NCBI GenBank assembly: GCA_003599755.1
Contig: QZJO01000007.1
Location: 41,221 to 105,220 of the forward strand
Length of the DNA: 64,000 bases
Direction: 5' to 3'
From: Candidatus Parcubacteria bacterium
GTDB taxonomy: Bacteria > Patescibacteriota > Minisyncoccia > Sungbacterales > SURF-37
The notes beneath the pieces are model-generated. The model was not told where the DNA came from and made no database searches. It saw nothing but the letters and a program-made list of their open reading frames with translations. Position 1 is the first letter of the stretch, and every line of letters begins with the position of its first letter. A program made the translations under genes and the position numbers. Of this stretch, positions 16,251-24,854 are shown in pieces.

Positions 16251-18014
16251 ATGGATGAACTTATCCGCGAACTGAAGCGCCAAGGAGTGCTCCGCTCGCC
16301 GCTTGTCGCGGAGGCCTTTGGCCGCGTGGATCGCAAGGACTTCGTGCGTCCCGAGGATGCGGCCGAGGCGTACGCAAACTGGCCGCTGGCCATCGGCGCT
16401 GGCCAGACCATTTCGCAACCCCAGACCGTCGCCTTCATGCTCGATCTTCTCGACCCGCGGCCGGGCGAGCGTATTTTGGATGTGGGCGCCGGATCCGGCT
16501 GGCAATCCGCCCTCCTCGCGGCGATCGTCGGCAAGCAGTCGGGCGGCCCGCCTGCCCGCTTCGCCGAAGCTCCCGCTTCGCCCGCGAAGCGAGGCGAGTC
16601 AGCGAGGCGAGCCGGGCGGGCAGGCACGGTCGTCGCGATCGAGCGCATTCCGGAACTCTGCCGTTTCGCCCAAACAAATTTAAAAAAATACGAGGCCATT
16701 ACCGCGCCGACGGTTCAGTTCATCTGCGGCGACGCGACTACGGCGCTCGAGCGCGCCGAGCCGTTCGATAAGATCATCGCCGCAGCCGCCGCAAAAGGCG
16801 ATATTCCCGCTTCCTGGCGCGCGCTTCTGAAACCCGGCGGCGTCATCGTCGCGCCGGTGGACGACGCGATCATCCGCCTGACAAAAACCGCCGACGGCGC
16901 ATGGCGCACCGAACGATTCGAGGGATTCGCATTCGTTCCGCTCATCAGCGGCACGGACCAGCCGAAAGCCGGATTCGGAAGCCCCGCCACCATCGCGACC
17001 GGCGCGATCGCCCTGGCCGTCGGCGCAACGCTCTGTGCGCTGGCAATGGTCGTGCCCGTCATTCTTCCCGGTCCCGTGACGCTTGATGTGCCGCGGGGCG
17101 CGGGATCCCAGGCCATCGGCCGGCTGCTCGAATCCCAAGGCCTCGTCTGGTCGCGCCATTTGTTCGTCGCATATGCCGTGCTCACGAATACCGCCGGCAA
17201 CCTAAAACCCGGGGCGTATTCGTTCGACGGCGCGGTGACCATCCCGGAAATCATCGGCGAATTGGCGCGCGGCAGCGCGAACGAACGCGTTATCGTCATT
17301 CCCGAAGGATGGGACCAGCGCACCCTGGGGATATATCTGGAAGAGCGAAACATCATGCCCGCGGAGCGCTGGTGGGATACGAACGGCTGGCCGGCGACCG
17401 ATTATCGTATCGCGACGCACCGGCCCGCGCTCCGCGATTTTTCTCAGGAGTTCGCGTTTCTGGCCGACAAACCCGCATACGTGGGACTCGAAGGATATCT
17501 CTATCCCGATACCTACCGCATTTGGGCCGATGCTTCACCCGAAGATATCGCGCGGCGCATGCTGGAAAACTTCGATGAAAAACTGACGCCCGCGTTGCGC
17601 ACGGAAATCGCGCGCCAAGGCAAAACTATATTCGAAGTCGTGACGCTCGCCTCGCTCGTCGAGCGCGAAACCGGAGAGCCGAGCGAACGGCCCGTCATCG
17701 CCGGGATTCTTTGGAAACGGCTTTCGGCCGGCATGCCGCTGCAGGTGGACGCGACCGTCAGTTATGCCACGGGCCGATACGCGACGCCCAGCGGCCCTTT
17801 ACTCGAGATCGATTCGCCGTACAACACGTATCGCTATGCGGGATTGCCGATCGGCCCGATCGCGAATCCGAGCATCGAATCCATCACCGCCGCGCTGTAT
17901 CCCATCCGTTCCGCCTATTGGTATTACCTTCATACGCCCGACGGCGACGTGGTCTTCTCGAAAACCCTCGAGGAGCACGAGGCGGCCAAGGCGCGCCACC
18001 GCGCAGGGCGGTAG
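16251..18014 (+). CDS. Fusion of protein-L-isoaspartate O-methyltransferase (Pcm) and endolytic transglycosylase MltG
   Basis: GQTISQP, LDVGAGSGW, FAFVPL; TM helix; IPEG, LEGYLYPDTY, LASLVERE, LQVDAT, SPYNTY..GLPIGPIANP. Confidence 0.9.
   Translation: MDELIRELKRQGVLRSPLVAEAFGRVDRKDFVRPEDAAEAYANWPLAIGAGQTISQPQTVAFMLDLLDPRPGERILDVGAGSGWQSALLAAIVGKQSGGPPARFAEAPASPAKRGESARRAGRAGTVVAIERIPELCRFAQTNLKKYEAITAPTVQFICGDATTALERAEPFDKIIAAAAAKGDIPASWRALLKPGGVIVAPVDDAIIRLTKTADGAWRTERFEGFAFVPLISGTDQPKAGFGSPATIATGAIALAVGATLCALAMVVPVILPGPVTLDVPRGAGSQAIGRLLESQGLVWSRHLFVAYAVLTNTAGNLKPGAYSFDGAVTIPEIIGELARGSANERVIVIPEGWDQRTLGIYLEERNIMPAERWWDTNGWPATDYRIATHRPALRDFSQEFAFLADKPAYVGLEGYLYPDTYRIWADASPEDIARRMLENFDEKLTPALRTEIARQGKTIFEVVTLASLVERETGEPSERPVIAGILWKRLSAGMPLQVDATVSYATGRYATPSGPLLEIDSPYNTYRYAGLPIGPIANPSIESITAALYPIRSAYWYYLHTPDGDVVFSKTLEEHEAAKARHRAGR
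16550..16625. repeat. Nested palindromic repeats inserted in-frame in the Pcm domain
   Basis: gcctgcccgc...gcgggcaggc arms around cccgcttcgccgaagct[27-nt related copy]tcagcgaggcgagcc. Confidence 0.85.
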
Positions 18015-18091
18015 CTTTGCGCCATTGCGTCAACGGCAGGAGTGTGGTACGGTTACCATATGATCGATTTCTCTAGAGATTATTCGTTTTC

Positions 18092-18358
18092 ATGTTGACT
18101 TCTCGCGAAAAACGAGCCGTAATCGACACCGTCAAGACGGGCGCCGAGGACACGGGTTCGAGCGAAGTACAGGTGGCGCTTTTGTCCGAAGAGATCGCCC
18201 GCCTTACCGCGCATCTCAAAAAGCATCCTAAGGATCACCACTCCCGGCGGGGGCTTTTGGCTATGGTCGTGCGACGGCGCAAGCTCCTCGAATACCTGCG
18301 CGGGTCCGCGCCGAAGCGCTACGCGACGGTGACGCGGAAACTCGGCCTGAAACGCTGA
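18092..18358 (+). CDS. rpsO: 30S ribosomal protein S15
   Basis: [24 protein letters not shown]. Confidence 0.98.
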   Translation: MLTSREKRAVIDTVKTGAEDTGSSEVQVALLSEEIARLTAHLKKHPKDHHSRRGLLAMVVRRRKLLEYLRGSAPKRYATVTRKLGLKR

Positions 18359-18378
18359 CCGACCGCACATCGCAACCC

Positions 18379-18969
18379 ATGACCCTTCCGCAAATGCAGC
18401 ACTCGGAACAACGCGTAGCGGTGTTCATCGACGTGCAAAACATGTACTATTCCGCGCGGCATCTCTATAATGCGCGCGTGAATTTCAAGGCCGTCGTGGA
18501 CGCCGCGGTGGCGCACCGTAAATTGATCCGTTCGTTCGCCTACGTGGTGCGCACGAAGACCGGCGAGGAAAAACCGTTTTTCGATGCGCTCATCAAGGAG
18601 GGGATCGAAACACGCGTCAAAGACCTCCAAGAGTTCACCGGCGGCGTCAAAAAAGCGGACTGGGACGTGGGGTTGGCTATTGACGCGGTGCGCACCGCGG
18701 ATATGGTAGACACGATCGTCATCGTGTCGGGCGACGGCGATTTTATCCCGCTTATCCAGTACCTCAAAGGGAGAGGGCGGCGGGTGGAGGTCGTCGCGTT
18801 CGGCCGCAGCGCATCGGGCAAGGTTCGGGAAGAAGCCGATGACTTTCTCGATATCGAGGAGGATCCGCGCCGGTTTCTCATGCGCTCCAAGCGCCTGATC
18901 GGCGGCCGCCGGAGCGGACGCGCGACCGAGGACCAATCCGACGAGCCGCTGCCCAAGATCCATTCGTAA
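18379..18969 (+). CDS. NYN-domain (LabA/DUF88, PIN-like) protein
   Basis: VFIDVQN, KADWDVGLAID, SGDGDF. Confidence 0.92.
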   Translation: MTLPQMQHSEQRVAVFIDVQNMYYSARHLYNARVNFKAVVDAAVAHRKLIRSFAYVVRTKTGEEKPFFDALIKEGIETRVKDLQEFTGGVKKADWDVGLAIDAVRTADMVDTIVIVSGDGDFIPLIQYLKGRGRRVEVVAFGRSASGKVREEADDFLDIEEDPRRFLMRSKRLIGGRRSGRATEDQSDEPLPKIHS

Positions 18970-19095
18970 CCGCCCGCACCCGTCGCATTCATTATTCATC
19001 AGCTGATTCGTGTCCGTTCAGTTGTCTCCAGACGACGAGACGCCAGAGACGTCTTCCGCCTGGAGAGAACGCGTCGGACGCCACTCGCTTCTCAT

Positions 19096-21294
19096 ATGGA
19101 GACACAATCCTATTCGCTGCCGCTCGGCAACGCGGCCCTCACGGTCCAACTCACGCCGTTGGCACCCCACGCCAACGGCCGCGTGCTCGTCCGTCATGGC
19201 GACACCATGGTGCTCGTCACGGCGGTCATGGCCAAACGCCCGCGCGAAGGCGGAGATTTTTTCCCGCTGACCGTGGATTACGAAGAGCGCTTTTACGCCG
19301 CCGGCAAAATTCTCGGCTCGCGATTCGTAAAGCGCGAAACGCGGCCGTCGGAAGAAGCGATCCTCGGCGCGCGGCTCATCGATCGCACGATTCGCCCGCG
19401 CTTCGATTTGCGCATGCGCAATGAAGTGCAGGTTATCGCGACCGTATTGTCGTTCGACGGCGAACACGATCCGGATGTACCCGCTCTCTTGGGCGCGTCG
19501 CTCGCACTTGCCATTTCGGATATCCCGTGGGACGGACCGGTGGCCGGCGTGCGCATCGGCCGGGTTGACGACCGCTTTGTCGTCGGCCCCACCATTGCCG
19601 AGCGCGAATCGGGAACGCTGGATATGATCGCGTCGGGCACCGCGGAAAAACTCAATATGATTGAGACGGGCGCGGCCGAACTGACCGAGGCACAAATCGT
19701 CGAGGCGCTTGAGCTGGCACACGCCGAAATTAAAAAACTTGTCGCGCTCGAACAAGAGGTTATCCGCGCCGCGGGCCCGGTACGCAAAGCCGAAGTACCG
19801 CTCGTCGCGACGACCGGGCCCTTGCGCGACGCGCTCATCAAAAACTTTTCCGAACGCATCGGCGAGGCCATGTGGACCGCGGACAAACAGGAGCGGCTCG
19901 AAAAAACCGCTGCGCTGCGCAGCGAATGGGCCGCATTCGCGAAAGCGGAATTCCCGGACGCCACGCCGGCCGAAATCACATATCTGTGGGACGACGAGAT
20001 CGACGCCATCGTCCACAAAAAGATCCTGCATGACGGCAAACGGCCCGATGGCCGCGCGACCGACGAGCTCCGGGCGCTCACGGCCGAAGCGGGCATCATT
20101 CCGCGCGTGCATGGCTCGGGCATATTCTGCCGGGGCGAAACCCAAGCCCTCTCACTCCTCACGCTCGGCTCGCCCGGCGACCAATTGATCATCGAAGGCA
20201 TGGAAGTGCGCACGAAGCGCCGCTACATGCACCAATACAATTTCCCGCCCTATGCCACGGGCGAAACCAAGCCCTTGCGCGGTCCCGGCCGGCGCGAAAT
20301 CGGCCACGGCGTGCTGGCGCAAAAGGCAATTCTGCCGCTGTTGCCGACCGTGGACGAATTCCCCTACACGATCCGAATCGTATCCGAGATCATCTCTTCG
20401 AACGGCTCGTCGTCCATGGCTTCGGTCTGCGGCTCGACCTTGGCGCTGTTCGACGGCGGCGTGCCGCTCAAAAAACCGGCGGCCGGCATCGCCATGGGCC
20501 TGATGATGGAAAGTGAATCCCAATACCGCGTACTCACCGACATCCAAGGGCCCGAAGACCATTACGGCGACATGGATTTCAAGGCCGCGGGCACCCGCGA
20601 CGGCGTGACCGCGATCCAAATGGACGTCAAAATCGACGGCGTAACCATTCCGATGCTCGCCGAGACCCTCGCGCAAGCCAAGGAGGCGCGCCTCCAGATT
20701 CTGGACACGATTGAGGCCGCCTTGCCCGCGCCGCGGCCGGAACTCTCGCCGTATGCTCCGCGCATCGTGACGTTGAAAATCGATCCGCAAAAGATCGGCG
20801 CGCTCATCGGTCCGGGCGGCAAAATGATCAACAGTATCACCGATGCCACGGGCGTGGACATTGCCATCGAAGACGACGGCACCGTGTTCGTGACTTCGGA
20901 AAGCGCCGAAGGCATGACGCGAGCGCTCGAATTGATCAAGCAGGTGACGCGCGAATATAAGCCGGGCGAACTCCTAGAAGGAACGGTGACGCGCATCTTC
21001 GACTTCGGCGCCATGGTGGAAGTAGCGCCCAAAACCGAGGGCCTCGTGCACATCTCGGAACTCGCGCCCTGGCGCGTGGGCTCGGTTGAAGATATCGTAC
21101 ATGTGGGAGACCGTATTCCCGTCATGGTGCGCAATATCGACGACCAGGGGCGACTCAACTTTTCCCTCAAAAGCGTCCCTGGCCGGTATTCCGAAGACGA
21201 TATCGCCAAAGGACGCGCGAGCGAAGCGACGTATAGCCCGCCGCCGCGCGAGCGCCATGACGAACGCGGCCCGCGTCGCCATCACCGCCGCTGA
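19096..21294 (+). CDS. pnp: Polyribonucleotide nucleotidyltransferase
   Basis: FFPLTVDY, RREIGHG, SNGSSSMAS, GDMDFK, KH and S1 domains. Confidence 0.98.
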   Translation: METQSYSLPLGNAALTVQLTPLAPHANGRVLVRHGDTMVLVTAVMAKRPREGGDFFPLTVDYEERFYAAGKILGSRFVKRETRPSEEAILGARLIDRTIRPRFDLRMRNEVQVIATVLSFDGEHDPDVPALLGASLALAISDIPWDGPVAGVRIGRVDDRFVVGPTIAERESGTLDMIASGTAEKLNMIETGAAELTEAQIVEALELAHAEIKKLVALEQEVIRAAGPVRKAEVPLVATTGPLRDALIKNFSERIGEAMWTADKQERLEKTAALRSEWAAFAKAEFPDATPAEITYLWDDEIDAIVHKKILHDGKRPDGRATDELRALTAEAGIIPRVHGSGIFCRGETQALSLLTLGSPGDQLIIEGMEVRTKRRYMHQYNFPPYATGETKPLRGPGRREIGHGVLAQKAILPLLPTVDEFPYTIRIVSEIISSNGSSSMASVCGSTLALFDGGVPLKKPAAGIAMGLMMESESQYRVLTDIQGPEDHYGDMDFKAAGTRDGVTAIQMDVKIDGVTIPMLAETLAQAKEARLQILDTIEAALPAPRPELSPYAPRIVTLKIDPQKIGALIGPGGKMINSITDATGVDIAIEDDGTVFVTSESAEGMTRALELIKQVTREYKPGELLEGTVTRIFDFGAMVEVAPKTEGLVHISELAPWRVGSVEDIVHVGDRIPVMVRNIDDQGRLNFSLKSVPGRYSEDDIAKGRASEATYSPPPRERHDERGPRRHHRR

Positions 21295-21335
21295 TCCCAT
21301 TCATCCGGCGAAGCGACGCTCCCTCGATCGTTTGC

Positions 21336-22301
21336 ATGCCGGATCATCCTACCGAATCTCAATCGGAACGCCGAGCATCAGAACCCGCCCGCACCATGGC
21401 GGGGGATATGCAGCGCGTCCTCACCGAGAAAAAACCAACGCTCCTTGCACGCCCGCCACGACCGCGAGAGCGCCTGGGCGCGACGGCTTCCGACCGTTGG
21501 ACTGAACAGAAATTCAAGGTCACCGCGATGGCCCTTCTTGGCGTCATCGCGCTTTTGATCACCGCGTGGTTCTGGCGATCCGAGCTGCCCGCGCTCGTCG
21601 AAAACCTGCCGCAGCCCGTGCCGCCCCCTGGCTCTGCATTTTTCTTCAACGCGACCGAGACGCTCTTGTTAAGTTCAAGCTCGCCGCCGCTTCCCGCGCT
21701 TCTGGCCGGACGGATCGCCATTCCCCGCGCGCCCGGCTCGTTCACGCGACTCCTGATCGAAGTAGAGCGGCTGCGCGCCGATCCGGCTGCCCTTTCGGCC
21801 CGCGGATTTTTCGATGCCATCGGCATCGAGCCGCCGCCGCAATTCCTCGATGCGATTGAGCCGCTGCCGCAGTGGTTCATCTATGGCGGGGCCGACGGCC
21901 GAGACGCCGGCATAATTTTTGTGGTAAAAAACGGGCCGGCCGCAGCCGAAGCGCTCGCGGCCTGGGAGCCGACCATCCGCAGCGATTTCGCATTCATGAT
22001 CCCCACCGCGCCGCCGCCACCGCCGCTTATCGCGACTACAACGCCGGATGCCGCGACCGGTACTACATCGGACGAACGCGCGCTCTTGCCTCCCGCCGCG
22101 CCATCCGCGGATCCCGTGCCGCCGCGATTCAAATCCCAGAGTTATCGCAACATCGAGTTCCGATTCCGCGAATTGATTTCGGGCCACGATCAGGGTTGGG
22201 GCTACTTGTACTTCCCGGCGCGGCGCCGTATCATCATGGGTACTTCGACCGCGGCGCTGCGCGCCGCCATCGACCGCTTGTTCGAATCGCCGAATCCCTA
22301 A
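21336..22301 (+). CDS. Hypothetical single-pass membrane protein
   Basis: One TM helix, Pro-rich linker, fills the operon gap. Confidence 0.7.
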   Translation: MPDHPTESQSERRASEPARTMAGDMQRVLTEKKPTLLARPPRPRERLGATASDRWTEQKFKVTAMALLGVIALLITAWFWRSELPALVENLPQPVPPPGSAFFFNATETLLLSSSSPPLPALLAGRIAIPRAPGSFTRLLIEVERLRADPAALSARGFFDAIGIEPPPQFLDAIEPLPQWFIYGGADGRDAGIIFVVKNGPAAAEALAAWEPTIRSDFAFMIPTAPPPPPLIATTTPDAATGTTSDERALLPPAAPSADPVPPRFKSQSYRNIEFRFRELISGHDQGWGYLYFPARRRIIMGTSTAALRAAIDRLFESPNP

Positions 22302-22331
22302 TCGCAGCAATGCGCTGCGCGATTCCAATCC

Positions 22332-22721
22332 ATGAACCCTAATCTCGCCCGGGAATTGCAACCGCTGCTTGAACAAGAGCGCCACCGCTTGGAAGCGGAG
22401 CTTGGCGGCATCGCGACCAAAGACCCGCGCATGGTCGGCGACTGGGACGCGCGCATGCCCGATACCGCAAGCCGGGACACCAATGATCAGTCGGACATCG
22501 AGGAGCAAGCCGACGTACGGGAAGAATACGAGACGCGAATCGCCCAGGAACAAGCCCTCGAAGAACGGCTCGCCGAAGTGCGCAAAGCGTTGGAACGCAT
22601 CGCAGCCGGCTCGTATGGCGCTTGCCTTGCCTGCGGCAAGCCGATTCCCGAAGAACGCCTTCGCGCGAATCCCGCAGCCGCATATCACATCGAGCACGAG
22701 CCCGAATCCGCATCTGCCTAA
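22332..22721 (+). CDS. TraR/DksA-family protein
   Basis: ALERIAAGSYGACLACGKPIPEERLRANPAA. Confidence 0.9.
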   Translation: MNPNLARELQPLLEQERHRLEAELGGIATKDPRMVGDWDARMPDTASRDTNDQSDIEEQADVREEYETRIAQEQALEERLAEVRKALERIAAGSYGACLACGKPIPEERLRANPAAAYHIEHEPESASA

Positions 22722-22766
22722 TCATCTGCCGCGCCTTGAGCCGTCGAGGCGGCATTCGCGCACTCC

Positions 22767-24287
22767 ATGATCGCGCTCTTCTCGGCGCAGGTTACCGGCC
22801 TCGATGCGACGCTCATCAATGTCGAGGTCGATTTGTCTCCGGGCCTGCACGTGTTTTCGATCGTCGGGCTTGCCGACAAGGAAGTCCAAGAATCGCGCGA
22901 ACGCATCGGCGTGGCCATCCGCGCCATCGGCGCCCGGCCGCCGCATAAAAAAAGCGAACGCCTCATCGTCAATCTCGCGCCAGCCGACATCCGCAAGGAA
23001 GGCCCGGCGTTTGATTTGCCCATTGCGCTCGGATATCTACTCGCGTCCGGACAAGCCCGGTTTGATCCGGCCGGAAAACTATTCATCGGCGAACTCGGCC
23101 TCGACGGTTCGCTCAAGCCCGTAGTCGGCGTTTTGCCCATGGCAATTGCCGCGCGTCTCGCGGGCGCTACGGCCTGCTACGTGCCGCCCGGCAACGGCGC
23201 TGAAGCCGCGCTCATCGAGGGGCTCACGGTCAAAGAAGCGCCCAACATCCCCGCATTGCTCGATGACGTGGAAGGCCGTCGCGCACTGCCGCCGATATCA
23301 CGGCCGGAGCCCCCGCACGGCGCGGCCGACGTTTTCGACATCTCGCTGATCCACGGTCAAGAACACGCCAAACGCGCGCTCGTGATCGCCGCGGCCGGCG
23401 GGCATAACATCCTATTTCAAGGACCGCCGGGAACCGGAAAAACCATTCTCGCGCGAGCGTTGGCCGGCCTGCTGCCTCCGCCCACCGAGGATGAAATGAT
23501 CGAGATCACGAAGATCGCGAGCGTGGCCGGAATTCTCCGCGACCGGGGCGCGCTCGTGGCCACGCGGCCGTTCCGGAGCCCGCACCATTCGGCATCCGCG
23601 GTCGCGGTTACCGGCGGCGGCTCGCCCCCGCGGCCCGGCGAAGTCACGCTCGCGCACCGCGGAGTTCTTTTCCTTGATGAGCTACCCGAATTTCCGACAC
23701 ACGTGCTCGAATCGCTGCGCCAGCCGCTAGAAGACCGCATGATCACCGTCGCCCGCGCGGCCGGCACCATTTCCTTTCCCGCGGATTTTACGCTCATCGC
23801 ATCCATGAATCCCTGCCCCTGCGGCAATCTTTCGAATCCGCGGGGCAATTGCATCTGCGCGCCCGGCGCGATCGCGCGCTACCGCCGCCGCGTATCGGGG
23901 CCGTTGTTGGACCGGATTGATTTGCATATCGAAGTCGGCCCGGTCGCGTCCGAAAAGTTGGCGGCCGACGCCGCGGATCCCAGCCAGGGCATCGCAATCC
24001 GCGCCCAAATCGCGGCGGCGCGCGATCATGCGCTCAAGCGCTTCGCGCGTTCAAACTGCCGCACGAACGCGGCGATGTCGCTGGTCGAACTCAAAACATT
24101 CTGCCCGCTCGACGCCGAAAGCCGCCATATTCTCCAAGAGGCCTACGACCGTCTCGGCATGTCGGTGCGCACGTATTACCGCACGATCAAAGTCGCGCGC
24201 ACGATCGCCGATCTTGCGGCCTCGCCCGGCATCAGGTCCGAGCACGTGCTCGAAGCGCTCCAATACCGCCCGATGGGGGAACGATAG
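22767..24287 (+). CDS. comM: YifB/ComM Mg-chelatase-like AAA+ ATPase
   Basis: VNLAPADIRKEG, GPPGTGKT, PFRSPHHS, LFLDELPEF, SGPLLDRID. Confidence 0.92.
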   Translation: MIALFSAQVTGLDATLINVEVDLSPGLHVFSIVGLADKEVQESRERIGVAIRAIGARPPHKKSERLIVNLAPADIRKEGPAFDLPIALGYLLASGQARFDPAGKLFIGELGLDGSLKPVVGVLPMAIAARLAGATACYVPPGNGAEAALIEGLTVKEAPNIPALLDDVEGRRALPPISRPEPPHGAADVFDISLIHGQEHAKRALVIAAAGGHNILFQGPPGTGKTILARALAGLLPPPTEDEMIEITKIASVAGILRDRGALVATRPFRSPHHSASAVAVTGGGSPPRPGEVTLAHRGVLFLDELPEFPTHVLESLRQPLEDRMITVARAAGTISFPADFTLIASMNPCPCGNLSNPRGNCICAPGAIARYRRRVSGPLLDRIDLHIEVGPVASEKLAADAADPSQGIAIRAQIAAARDHALKRFARSNCRTNAAMSLVELKTFCPLDAESRHILQEAYDRLGMSVRTYYRTIKVARTIADLAASPGIRSEHVLEALQYRPMGER

Positions 24288-24311
24288 CGCGCGAATACCG
24301 CCATCGGTCTG

Positions 24312-24422
24312 GTATACCCGGTAGTACAACGCGCGAAGATCGTTGCGGTTAAAAAATTAACCGATATGCCACGCCCGTGCGCGCCGGATTTATTGGATGG
24401 AAGGTTGTACTACCGGGTATAC
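24312..24422. repeat. MITE-like element with perfect 19-bp terminal inverted repeats
   Basis: gtatacccggtagtacaac at 24312-24330 and gttgtactaccgggtatac at 24404-24422. Confidence 0.75.
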
Positions 24423-24432
24423 TGAAAGGACT

Positions 24433-24846
24433 ATGCCAGAACGCGCCCCGGGCCATTTAGCCAACGAAATCGCGGAACTGGAATCATTACTCGCTCAAAA
24501 GCGCGCATCGCTGGAACGCGCGGGCGAGGCCGGCGAAGAAAAGGAAGCGTTCGGCGAGACATTTCGCGAGCGCTACGGCGAAGCGTTCGCCCCGCCGCCT
24601 GCGGCAAGCCCCGGACAGACCACTCCGCCGCCCGCGCCGCCCCATGATCAGGTTGCCGCGGTCCAGACCGCGCCCGAAGACCAGCAGGTCGCCGCGCTTG
24701 TCGAAATCGCGCTTACCAAAGGCGTGCGCGCGGCCGCCGAGGTCGCGCGCCATGCGACGCCATGGCTTTTGGATGAACTCCATGACCGTCTCCAAGACCG
24801 CTACTACGACGAGCTCGTCCGCGCGCGCAAATTGAACGAGCGCTAG
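24433..24846 (+). CDS. Hypothetical protein upstream of the VirD4-like gene
   Basis: AAGGA SD; motif ALTKGV..A..VAR...PWLLDELHDRL. Confidence 0.75.
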   Translation: MPERAPGHLANEIAELESLLAQKRASLERAGEAGEEKEAFGETFRERYGEAFAPPPAASPGQTTPPPAPPHDQVAAVQTAPEDQQVAALVEIALTKGVRAAAEVARHATPWLLDELHDRLQDRYYDELVRARKLNER

Positions 24847-24854
24847 CACTTCCC

